DNA of 34,793 bases from a virus: positions 1 to 34,793 of IMG/VR virus record IMGVR_UViG_3300045988_167882; one strand, 5' to 3'. This document shows, one piece after another, positions 7,499-15,224 of this stretch. Under the pieces are notes generated by a model. It was not told the origin of the DNA. It worked only from the letters and a program-made list of their open reading frames with translations, and ran no database searches. Position 1 is the first letter of the stretch, and every line of letters starts with the position of its first letter. A program made the translations under genes and the position numbers.

Positions 7499-7919
7499 AA
7501 TAAGCAGAGAAGAATATAAAGAAGCAAAAGGATGTTTAAAAAGATATAACTATAATTGCATAAATATAATGAACATAAGAGCAGATATAATGAGTTTAGG
7601 TGGGCAAGGAATAGATGGTATGCCAAAAGCTCCTTATGCGATTTCAGATAGAGTATTTAACAGTGTTATAAAATTACAAGAAGATGAACATTTGCAGAAA
7701 TCAATAAAAGAATACAAAGCAGTTGTACAAGCTCTAGAATTAGTTAATAAAGACTGCAAAGAGTTATTTGAAAAATATTACATACAAAGCAAATCAAAAT
7801 GGGATATAATCAATTCTGGTATGTCTGAAAGGACATTTGGAAGAAGAAAACAAGAATTAATATATGCAGTTGGAAATGAATTAAAAAAAGTTGGCATAAA
7901 TTTGGCAAAAAAACAGTAA
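7491..7919 (+). CDS. ArpU/RinA-family late-gene transcriptional activator (sigma region-4-like)
   Basis: 142-aa ORF, SD AAAGGAG. N-terminal YKEAKGCLKRYNYN..ADIMSLGG and C-terminal SERTFGRRKQELIYAVGNEL are typical of ArpU-type regulators. Last gene before the packaging region. Confidence 0.7.
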   Translation: MNKISREEYKEAKGCLKRYNYNCINIMNIRADIMSLGGQGIDGMPKAPYAISDRVFNSVIKLQEDEHLQKSIKEYKAVVQALELVNKDCKELFEKYYIQSKSKWDIINSGMSERTFGRRKQELIYAVGNELKKVGINLAKKQ

Positions 7920-8015
7920 AAAAACGTGTTAAAATAGTATCAGTGAAAGTAGCAGATAGAAATATCTCATTAGACCGAGCTACTAAAATAAAAGAGCAAA
8001 GAAGCGCTCCCTAAA

Positions 8016-8050
8016 AGAGCTGACGTTTTAAATGTCAGCTCTTTAAATTT
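8016..8050 (+). terminator. Rho-independent terminator after the late regulator
   Basis: Stem agagctgac (8016-8024) / gtcagctct (8034-8042), followed by ttaaattt. Confidence 0.7.
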
Positions 8051-8077
8051 GATAAATTTATATAAAAATGGTATAAT
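8049..8077 (+). promoter_or_regulatory. Sigma-A type promoter Pa
   Basis: TTGATA - 17 nt - TATAAT, with TGG immediately upstream of the -10. Confidence 0.6.
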
Positions 8078-8111
8078 AACATTAGAGATTAAATAAATTA
8101 AACAAAAAGTA

Positions 8112-8140
8112 TTGATTTTTTAAAATTACTCTAGTATAAT
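8112..8140 (+). promoter_or_regulatory. Sigma-A type promoter Pb
   Basis: TTGATT - 17 nt - TATAAT. Confidence 0.65.
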
Positions 8141-8146
8141 ATTAAT

Positions 8147-8269
8147 ACTGAAATGATAAAGTGATAATCATAGGAGGTTTTTATCAGCCAACCATTTCAA
8201 AGTAAGCATTAATACTTATCCATATAAGGAGAACAAAAAATACTAGAGACGGCAATCTCTAGTATTTTA
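8147..8269 (+). ncRNA. Candidate antitoxin sRNA (about 120 nt) of a par/Fst-like type I TA locus
   Basis: Lies between promoter Pb and the terminator at 8235-8270. No ORF with a usable start. Segment 8201-8223 (agtaagcattaatacttatccat) is a direct repeat of 8324-8347, so the RNA is complementary to the start-codon region of the opposite-strand peptide mRNA. Confidence 0.5.
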
Positions 8270-8270
8270 A
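8235..8270. terminator. Bidirectional rho-independent terminator
   Basis: aaaaaa-tactagaga-cggcaa-tctctagta-tttt: 9-bp stem flanked by an A-run and a T-run. Confidence 0.75.
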
Positions 8271-8281
8271 TATGTATTAGA

Positions 8282-8347
8282 TTATTTAAATAATTCTAAG
8301 ATTAAATAAATAAACACTAATACAGTAAGCATTATTACTTTATCCAT
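8282..8347 (-). CDS. Candidate type I toxin: 21-aa hydrophobic peptide MDKVIMLTVLVFIYLILELFK
   Basis: SD AAAGGTGGTGA (complement of 8352-8362) 7 nt from the ATG; a second in-frame ATG lies at 8350. Own consensus promoter at 8395-8423. Terminates at the shared terminator. Confidence 0.5.
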   Translation of the reverse strand: MDKVIMLTVLVFIYLILELFK

Positions 8348-8394
8348 CATATCACCACCTTTCACAGGATAAGTAATATAGAAGAACAAAAAAT

Positions 8395-8423
8395 ATTATA
8401 CTATGAGTTAGAAAAATAATCAA
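8395..8423 (-). promoter_or_regulatory. Sigma-A type promoter for the peptide gene
   Basis: The minus strand reads TTGATT - 17 nt - TATAAT. Confidence 0.65.
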
Positions 8424-8446
8424 CATAAAAATACAAAATTATACAA

Positions 8447-8478
8447 AGAGCTTATCAAAAACGATAGGCTCTTTTATA
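8447..8478. terminator. Hairpin terminator (bidirectional appearance)
   Basis: agagcttatc / gataggctct: 10-bp stem with one G-U pair, loop aaaaac, T-rich on both sides. Confidence 0.55.
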
Positions 8479-8480
8479 TT

Positions 8481-8550
8481 GCCATTTACAAGTCAGTAGT
8501 GAGAAAGATACGTCTCATAAGTCTACTACTAAATTCTAGAAGTAAATGGC
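8481..8550. other. Extended imperfect inverted repeat / candidate structured RNA
   Basis: gccatttac (8481-8489) pairs with gtaaatggc (8542-8550). Inner pairs are agtagt/actact and gaga/tctc. No ORF. Confidence 0.4.
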
Positions 8551-8939
8551 ACTAATTAGTTATTAACAATACTAGGTAAGTTAATATAAATTGGCTTTAA
8601 AAAGCCTCCTTTCGTAGAATAAAAATGGTGTAACTAGAGCTTTCCTAGTGAGTTCTAATAAAGTATAAAATAATATGTAGTGATATATTATCTAAAGTGA
8701 AAGCCAGTCCAATGTGGAATAATAGATAGAGTTTGCAAACGGTATATCATTACATAGTATTTTATATAACATTAAACAAATTTATATGCAGTGCGAAGTA
8801 TGTGTAGCAGAATGGCAAAAAGTAATCTATTATAGATGAAATACAAGATATTCAGTTCTAGAGTGCAATTATATATAACTTACATATTTCGTAGTATTTA
8901 TAAAAATATCAAAAAAAATGCAAACATTTTTATGAAAAG

Positions 8940-8968
8940 TTGACATAACAAAAACGATGTTGTATAAT
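8940..8968 (+). promoter_or_regulatory. Consensus sigma-A promoter of a moron
   Basis: TTGACA - 17 nt - TATAAT, exact consensus. Confidence 0.75.
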
Positions 8969-9025
8969 TACAAAGTAACTTGTAGTAGATGTATTTTTAA
9001 AGCAAATGCTTTAGGAGGTAGAAAT

Positions 9026-9247
9026 ATGAGTTATTGGAATGGAAGTTATGAGGATAGTACGGAAGGACAACAGACACTTGAAGACGATATCTTTGACGCT
9101 GGATTAGGTAAGTTTGCTTATCCATGCGGAAGTGGAACTATCAAGGAAACTCAAAATTCTATTAATGTATATTTTCCAGACAGCAATGATCCAAGTGGAC
9201 ATTCGCATATGGGTGTAAACAGAAATGGAGATTTCTATCAAAAATAA
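9026..9247 (+). CDS. Hypothetical 73-aa acidic protein (moron with its own promoter and terminator)
   Basis: ATG 9026 has SD AGGAGG at 7-nt spacing. The track start 8957 would lie inside the promoter. Product MSYWNGSYEDSTEGQQTLEDD... Confidence 0.7.
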   Translation: MSYWNGSYEDSTEGQQTLEDDIFDAGLGKFAYPCGSGTIKETQNSINVYFPDSNDPSGHSHMGVNRNGDFYQK

Positions 9248-9270
9248 CATTTCATACAAATGTTATAAAA

Positions 9271-9303
9271 AAAAGGGCACTGATTATTTCAGTGCTTTTT
9301 TTA
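9271..9303 (+). terminator. Rho-independent terminator
   Basis: gcactg / cagtgc stem, T7 run, A-run upstream. Confidence 0.75.
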
Positions 9304-9334
9304 TGTAATAAATTAAATCAAAAGAGGTAAATAT

Positions 9335-9490
9335 ATGAAAATAGAATGTACAGTACAAGAATTAATTGAATTAATTGAGAACAAAAAAGAAACACCAGTT
9401 GTTTTTACGACTGGTGTTTCAAGTATAAAAGTTGATAAAACTATTCCATGTGACCGATTGAAAAACCAATTATTTGGTCAACAAATATAA
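9335..9490 (+). CDS. Questionable 51-aa ORF
   Basis: SD AAGAGG at 7-nt spacing. However, the ORF contains the terminator hairpin of the convergent gene and overlaps that gene's 3' end. Confidence 0.3.
   Translation: MKIECTVQELIELIENKKETPVVFTTGVSSIKVDKTIPCDRLKNQLFGQQI
9377..9420 (-). terminator. Rho-independent terminator of the minus-strand gene
   Basis: Perfect 11-bp stem gaaacaccagt / actggtgtttc, followed on the minus strand by TTTTTTGTT. Confidence 0.75.
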
Positions 9491-9836
9491 TAGCAAATGG
9501 CATTTTGACTTTTTTTAAACTTGTAAAAACATCAACATCTTCAAGCTCTATAGTAAGTGAATTTTCAGATATTTCAATATTATTTTTACTATCCTCTGAA
9601 TTTTCATAAGCAGCTAATGATGATTGGTACATTTTATCGAAACAAGTTAAAATATCATCATTTTCTGTAACTGTTGTGTCAGAGAAATTGATTGGCTTTT
9701 TAAGTACACCTTGATAAATACCATTTGATGTATGAATTATTAATTTATCAGTACTTGAACCAGATTTTTTTAAAGCAGATAGTATTGAATTAATAATTTG
9801 AATTTTGCTATACTTTCTTGAAAAGAATTTTTTCAT
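9441..9836 (-). CDS. Hypothetical 131-aa protein, the only minus-strand gene in the late region (lysogeny-expressed moron candidate)
   Basis: Internal ATG at 9836 has SD GAGGTGA. The 200-aa track ORF has a low-complexity N-terminal extension. Extended -10 (TGCTATACT) upstream, with its own terminator. Confidence 0.7.
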   Translation of the reverse strand: MKKFFSRKYSKIQIINSILSALKKSGSSTDKLIIHTSNGIYQGVLKKPINFSDTTVTENDDILTCFDKMYQSSLAAYENSEDSKNNIEISENSLTIELEDVDVFTSLKKVKMPFAIIFVDQIIGFSIGHME

Positions 9837-9929
9837 AATATTCACCTCACTTTCAATACAAGTATAGCAAAATAAAAGTGTGAAATATGTCAAAGTATGT
9901 CGAAATATAAAATCAAAAGAGGAATGCAT

Positions 9930-10097
9930 ATGAAAAGAAAAGGAAGTTCTATAGCAGCAGAAATAGTTGCTGATTGGAGAAGAGAAGAATACTATAAAAA
10001 AAGAATAAAACAAAATAAATGCATAATAGACTCTAAAAAGCAATGTGATATTTGTAAGTATAGAGAAGCTTGTGAAGATAAGGCATTAATAAAATAG
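9930..10097 (+). CDS. Hypothetical basic 55-aa protein with C-terminal CDICKYREAC motif
   Basis: ATG 9930 has SD AAAGAGGA. Confidence 0.55.
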   Translation: MKRKGSSIAAEIVADWRREEYYKKRIKQNKCIIDSKKQCDICKYREACEDKALIK

Positions 10098-10106
10098 GAG
10101 GAAATT

Positions 10107-10247
10107 ATGTTGAATTTATTAATAAACATATTGATATGTTGTGGAATTATATTAGCTTCTTTTATAGCTATATGTTTAGCAATAATAGCAGTATATATAT
10201 TAATGTTAATTATTAAAATAGTTTTAAATGAGCTGAATAAAAAGTAG
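10107..10247 (+). CDS. Small hydrophobic membrane peptide, 46 aa
   Basis: SD AGGAGG. Product MLNLLINILICCGIILASFIAICLAIIAVYILMLIIKIVLNELNKK. Confidence 0.55.
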   Translation: MLNLLINILICCGIILASFIAICLAIIAVYILMLIIKIVLNELNKK

Positions 10248-10257
10248 GTGGAGGTAG

Positions 10258-10635
10258 ATGGCTAATGAACAAAATTTAATACCATGGAATAAACGAACCA
10301 AGAGCGAACAGAGAGAATATGCAAAAAAAGGTGGTCAAAAATCAGGAGAAGTAAGACGACAAAGAAAAGCTATGAAAGAACAAATGGAAATGTTATTATC
10401 ACTACCGTTTAAACAACAAAAACAATTAAAATTTATTGAAGATTTAGGAATAGAAACAGATGACATAGATAATCAAATGGCACTTTTAGTAGCAATGTAT
10501 GGAAAAGCATTAAAAGGAGATGTACAAGCATTTAATACTATAAGAGAAGTAGCTCAAGATGAAAAAACAAATAATAACAATAATAGAATTGAAATAATAA
10601 ATGACTTACCAGAGGATGATGAAGATGAGAGTTAG
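10258..10635 (+). CDS. terS: Terminase small subunit
   Basis: 125-aa ORF, SD GGTGGAGG. KGGQKSGEVRRQRKAMKE motif and an acidic tail. Directly upstream of TerL. Confidence 0.75.
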   Translation: MANEQNLIPWNKRTKSEQREYAKKGGQKSGEVRRQRKAMKEQMEMLLSLPFKQQKQLKFIEDLGIETDDIDNQMALLVAMYGKALKGDVQAFNTIREVAQDEKTNNNNNRIEIINDLPEDDEDES

Positions 10636-11992
10636 AATAAAAGACATTATAGCTCCACATTTTTGGAATACATTTAATAGTAAAAAAACGAATCAAATAT
10701 ACAAAGGTGGAAGAAGTTCTACGAAATCTTCAATGATTTCCATAAAAATAGTATATAACTGTTTAAATAATAACAACTGTTCTGGGGTAATATTAAGAAA
10801 ACACCAAAATCAATTAAGAAAATCTGTATATAAAGAAATAAAAAGAGCTTGTAAAAGATTAGGGCTAGAAGAAGGAATTGATTATGATGCTAAATTATCA
10901 CCAATGGAAATACAGTTCAATAATGGAAATACAATTTATTTTGCAGGTGGAGATGATTATGAAGCTGTAAAAGGAATGATAGATGAAAATACTCTTATAA
11001 AAATGGTATGGTTCGAGGAATTAACAGGATGGGATAATCCAGAAGATGTAGACCAAATAAAAGCTACTTTTATGAGAGGTAATGATGATTGGTTTATTAC
11101 TTTTTATTCATTTAATCCACCAAAAAATAAGTTTGACTGGGTAAACAAATGGACAGAAGAAAAAGAAAAGAGTAATAACTATTTAGTTAATCAAAGCGAC
11201 TATAGGACAGTTCCAAAAGAATGGCTAGGACAAATAGCTATACAAGAAGCAGAAGAATTAAAACAAAATGATGAAAAACGTTACAAATGGATTTACTTAG
11301 GTGAGGTAATAGGATTAGAGGGACTTATATATAATCCTGATTTAATAGAATATGTAGATGAAGATTACATAGAGCAAAACAAGATAAAAATATTATATAT
11401 AGATTTTGCCATAGATAGTGGACATCAAACATCAGCAACAGCAGTAGGATGTTATGGACTAGGAAATGATGGATATTGGTATTTATTAGATACATACTAT
11501 TACAGTCCTCATGAAAAGTCAGTAAAGAAAGCACCAAGTGAATTAAGTAAAGATATATTCGATTTTGAAGTTACTATGATAAAAAAATATAAAACAGTAA
11601 TGGATAAAGAAACAATAGATTCAGCAGAAGGAGCATTGAGAAATCAATTTTTTAAAGATTATGGAAGAAGATTACATCCAGTTGATAAAGGAACAGACAA
11701 AGAACAACTAATAGAATATTCTCAAGACTTTCTATCAAAAAGAAAATTTAGAGTATTAAATAATAATAATAATAAGATATTCAAAAAAGAAAATGAAAAC
11801 TATATGTGGGTAAAAGATAGTGTAGAAAAGGGAAAGCCAACTCCAGATAAAACGGAGAAGGCTTTTTTAAGTTCAGAAAAATACTATAACACATATACCA
11901 AAGATTATGCTTATAGCTATGGAGACCACACACAAGATAATTTTCAATATTGGATAAAAGATAATTTACAAAAGCTAGGCTTAAAATATTAG
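10625..11992 (+). CDS. terL: Terminase large subunit (PBSX-type)
   Basis: Walker A-like KGGRSSTKSS near the N-terminus, FEELTG (Walker B region), nuclease-half DSGHQTSATA. The start could also be 10601. Confidence 0.85.
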   Translation: MRVRIKDIIAPHFWNTFNSKKTNQIYKGGRSSTKSSMISIKIVYNCLNNNNCSGVILRKHQNQLRKSVYKEIKRACKRLGLEEGIDYDAKLSPMEIQFNNGNTIYFAGGDDYEAVKGMIDENTLIKMVWFEELTGWDNPEDVDQIKATFMRGNDDWFITFYSFNPPKNKFDWVNKWTEEKEKSNNYLVNQSDYRTVPKEWLGQIAIQEAEELKQNDEKRYKWIYLGEVIGLEGLIYNPDLIEYVDEDYIEQNKIKILYIDFAIDSGHQTSATAVGCYGLGNDGYWYLLDTYYYSPHEKSVKKAPSELSKDIFDFEVTMIKKYKTVMDKETIDSAEGALRNQFFKDYGRRLHPVDKGTDKEQLIEYSQDFLSKRKFRVLNNNNNKIFKKENENYMWVKDSVEKGKPTPDKTEKAFLSSEKYYNTYTKDYAYSYGDHTQDNFQYWIKDNLQKLGLKY

Positions 11993-12001
11993 GAGGAAAA
12001 A

Positions 12002-13444
12002 ATGGATTTATATAATAATATAGCTAGTGTATTAAGTAAAAAAGGAATAAATGTAACAGTTGGAAGTATATATGATTTAATGGCCATATGGAAACAATGG
12101 TACAGAGGAAGTGTAAATGACTTTCATTATTATACTGAAAGAATAAACGGAACAGATGTAGAATGTGAAAGACTTACAATGAATATGCCTAAAAAAGTAT
12201 GTGAAGATTTAACTAAGTTATTATGGACAGAAAAAACAAAAATAGAATTAAGTAGTCAAAATGCTACGAAAAGATTATGGGAAGTTTTAGATAGTAAAGA
12301 AAATTCTTTTACAAAAAACTTTCCTGTTTTTTTGGAAAAAGCAATGTTAGCATTAGGTAATGGAGCTTTAGTAGAATATAAAGATGGGAACAATAAAACA
12401 ATAATAGATTATATTGATGGAGATGTTGTTTTACCTTACAAATATACAAATAGTTACATAAACGGAATGATAGCAGTTAGTAGATTTATGGAAGAAGTAG
12501 GAAAAAAGAAAATATATTACACACATTTAACATATCATGAATTTTTAGGGGATGTATATATAAAATATAATGAGTTATACACATCCAAAGCAGAAGGAGA
12601 ACTTGGAAAAGAAACAGATTTTTCTAGTAAGTTTCCTAATGTAAAAGAAGAAGAAATTATAAGAACAAAAAATCCACATTTTCAAATAGTTAAACCTAAT
12701 TTAGCAAACAATTTTGATACTAATAGTCCAATGGGAATTAGTATATTAGCAAACAGTATTGATAGATTTAAAGCAATAGATATAAAATACGACAGTTTTA
12801 ATAATGAGTTTATATTAGGAAAGAAAAGAATTGTAGTAAGTCAAAGTGCATTAAAAGGTAAAATGGAAACAGACACAAAAGGAAATACAAGATTTATACA
12901 ATACTTTGATGAAAATGACAAAGCATATCAAGCATTAAATGTTGATAGTGACCAAATGAAAGAACCTGTAAAAGAAATAGATATGTCTTTAAGATATCAA
13001 GAGCATATTGATAGTATAAATGCAGAACTTAATTGGTTAGCTGACAATATAGGATTAGGAAGTAATTATTATGAATTTGATGGACAAAGTGTAAAAACAG
13101 CAACAGAAGTAATAAGTGAAAACAGCAAAGCTTTCAGAACAAGAGAACATTACTTATCAATAGTAAACGATGCAGTATATGACTTAGTAAAAGCAATATG
13201 CGAAATAGAAGGAATAAAAACAACTAAAATAACAATTACACCTGATGATAGCATAATAGAAGATAAAAACACAGAACAATTAAGAGCACAACAAGAAGTA
13301 ACAGCAGGATTAAGAAGCAAGAAATCATATTTAATGGATATTAAAGGAATGTCAGAACAAGAAGCAGAAGAAGAACTACAAAAAATACAAGACGAGAAGA
13401 TGAGTAATCAGGAAGCTTTTGGAATAATACCAAGTGAGGAGTGA
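12002..13444 (+). CDS. Portal protein (SPP1 gp6-like)
   Basis: 480-aa ORF after TerL, SD AGGAGG. Size, position and acidic C-terminus fit. Confidence 0.8.
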   Translation: MDLYNNIASVLSKKGINVTVGSIYDLMAIWKQWYRGSVNDFHYYTERINGTDVECERLTMNMPKKVCEDLTKLLWTEKTKIELSSQNATKRLWEVLDSKENSFTKNFPVFLEKAMLALGNGALVEYKDGNNKTIIDYIDGDVVLPYKYTNSYINGMIAVSRFMEEVGKKKIYYTHLTYHEFLGDVYIKYNELYTSKAEGELGKETDFSSKFPNVKEEEIIRTKNPHFQIVKPNLANNFDTNSPMGISILANSIDRFKAIDIKYDSFNNEFILGKKRIVVSQSALKGKMETDTKGNTRFIQYFDENDKAYQALNVDSDQMKEPVKEIDMSLRYQEHIDSINAELNWLADNIGLGSNYYEFDGQSVKTATEVISENSKAFRTREHYLSIVNDAVYDLVKAICEIEGIKTTKITITPDDSIIEDKNTEQLRAQQEVTAGLRSKKSYLMDIKGMSEQEAEEELQKIQDEKMSNQEAFGIIPSEE

Positions 13445-13449
13445 TATAA

Positions 13450-14961
13450 ATGTTAACTCCAGAACAATGGAATCAAATAGGAAAACAAGCAGAACAAATT
13501 TATAGTCAATTAGAACTAGAAATAATACAAGAAATAGCAGAAAGAATAGCAAATGTAGGATATGCAAATACTGTTGTTTTAAATGACATTCTGATAGCTG
13601 AAGAAATGGGATTAATGTATCAAGATATAATTCAATTAGTTGCTAAATATAATAATACCTCAGCAAGTCAGATAAAAGGAATATTTGAAACTGCTGGGGT
13701 TAATTCATTGAAATATGATGATAATATTTATAAATTAGCAGGATTAAATCCAGTGCCATTAAAACAAAGTGGAAGTATGTGGAATTTATTAGAAGCAACA
13801 GCGTTAAAAACACACAATAATTTAAATAACTTAGTAATGACAACAGCGAGTACTGCTCAAACTCAATTTTACAATGCGATGAATAAAGCATATATGGAAG
13901 TAAGTACAGGAGTAAAAAGTTATTCTCAAGCAATTACAGATACAATTAAAGAACTAAGTAATCAAGGTTCTTATATAACATATCCATCAGGGCAACATAG
14001 AAGCATTGAAAGTGCAATTAGAATGAATATTGTAACATCAGTGAATCAAACTTGTGGGAAATTACAAGAAATGAGAGCCGATGAATTAGGTTGGGATTTA
14101 ATGGAGTTAACTGCACACAGTGGAGCAAGACCTGAACATGCAGAATGGCAAGGTAGAATAGTAAGTAGAAGTGGACAAAAAGGCTATTTAAGTTTAGACG
14201 ACATAGGCTATGGAGAAGTAACAGGGTTTAAAGGTGTAAATTGTAGGCACGATTGGAGACCGTACTACAAAGGAAGTACAAGAACGTATAAAGATAAAGA
14301 ATTACAAGAAATGGCTAATGAAACTGTTACATACAACGGACGAGAAATAAGCAAATACGAAGCTACACAGATACAAAGGAAAATGGAAAGGCAAATAAGA
14401 CAAGACAAAAAAGAAATAGTAGGATTGCAAGGAATATTAACAAGCAACAATACTGATATAGATTTAGAAGAAGTACAAAATAAATTTAGACTTACTTCTA
14501 GTCAGCTAAAGCAAAAAGAGCTTATATTAAATAACTTTTTAAATCAAACAGGATTAAGAAGAGATAAAACTAGAGAAGTAGTAAATGGGATCGATAGAAG
14601 TTTGTCGCAGAAGATAGTCCAGGGTTCTAAAAAAATTGAAAAAAATAAGGAATTGTTGTATAATAGTATTATTCCATTAGATAAGAAATTAGGTTTTATA
14701 GACAATAATGCAACACAAGCTTTTATACCTAAAGGAGCAGAAATAACAAATATAGTTGAAATAGCAGGGAAAAATTCAAAAGAATTTAGAAATGCATACA
14801 AGTATGTAAAATTATATGGTGGTAAATTACAAAATTGGAGTAAAAGAGCTGGAAAAATAGAAAGCGATAAATATGTATTCGACATACACTGGGTTCAAGG
14901 AGAAAATGGTATATTTACGGAATGGAAAATAAAAAGCAAAAAGTTAAAAGGAGGGATTTAG
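13450..14961 (+). CDS. MuF / SPP1 gp7-like minor head protein with a long C-terminal extension
   Basis: ELTAHSGARPEHAEWQGRIVS..GFKGVNCRHDWRPY is the Phage_Mu_F signature. About 230 further residues follow it. Confidence 0.8.
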   Translation: MLTPEQWNQIGKQAEQIYSQLELEIIQEIAERIANVGYANTVVLNDILIAEEMGLMYQDIIQLVAKYNNTSASQIKGIFETAGVNSLKYDDNIYKLAGLNPVPLKQSGSMWNLLEATALKTHNNLNNLVMTTASTAQTQFYNAMNKAYMEVSTGVKSYSQAITDTIKELSNQGSYITYPSGQHRSIESAIRMNIVTSVNQTCGKLQEMRADELGWDLMELTAHSGARPEHAEWQGRIVSRSGQKGYLSLDDIGYGEVTGFKGVNCRHDWRPYYKGSTRTYKDKELQEMANETVTYNGREISKYEATQIQRKMERQIRQDKKEIVGLQGILTSNNTDIDLEEVQNKFRLTSSQLKQKELILNNFLNQTGLRRDKTREVVNGIDRSLSQKIVQGSKKIEKNKELLYNSIIPLDKKLGFIDNNATQAFIPKGAEITNIVEIAGKNSKEFRNAYKYVKLYGGKLQNWSKRAGKIESDKYVFDIHWVQGENGIFTEWKIKSKKLKGGI

Positions 14962-15195
14962 TTGAAAGTAAGATATATTGGCAAAAGCTTTGGAGTAGAA
15001 AGTTTAACAGATGGTAAAATTTACGAATGTATTGGGATAGAAGATGGAATGTTAAGAATAATAGATGATAGTCAAGATGATTATCTTTATTCAGCTATAA
15101 AACCTGCTTCATTAGAAAATATGGATTTGTGTGGTAAATGGGAAATAGTTGAAGATAATGAAAACAAAGACTTAGAAAAATTAATAAATAGTTAA
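14962..15195 (+). CDS. Small acidic protein (TTG start), candidate immunity protein
   Basis: 77-aa ORF, SD AAGGAGGG at 6-nt spacing, immediately after the MuF stop, followed by a terminator. Confidence 0.55.
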   Translation: MKVRYIGKSFGVESLTDGKIYECIGIEDGMLRIIDDSQDDYLYSAIKPASLENMDLCGKWEIVEDNENKDLEKLINS

Positions 15196-15197
15196 TC

Positions 15198-15224
15198 AAA
15201 GCACCGTAAGAGGTGTCTTTTTTA
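15198..15224 (+). terminator. Rho-independent terminator
   Basis: gcacc/ggtgt stem plus T6. Two more hairpins follow (15231-15262, 15263-15290). Confidence 0.6.

Noticed and set aside
7944-8015. GTG-initiated 23-aa ORF (VKVADRNISLDRATKIKEQRSAP) after the late regulator
   Set aside because: No SD, hydrophilic and without motifs. It lies between a stop codon and the operon terminator.
8957-9025. N-terminal extension of the 9026 ORF (track start 8957)
   Set aside because: That start lies inside the -10/spacer of the consensus promoter and has no SD. ATG 9026 has AGGAGG at ideal spacing.
9837-10043. 200-aa version of the minus-strand ORF 9441-10043
   Set aside because: The extra 69 residues are Phe/Ser/Tyr-rich low complexity, overlap the plus-strand ORF 9930-10097 and include the likely promoter. 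The internal ATG 9836 has a strong SD.
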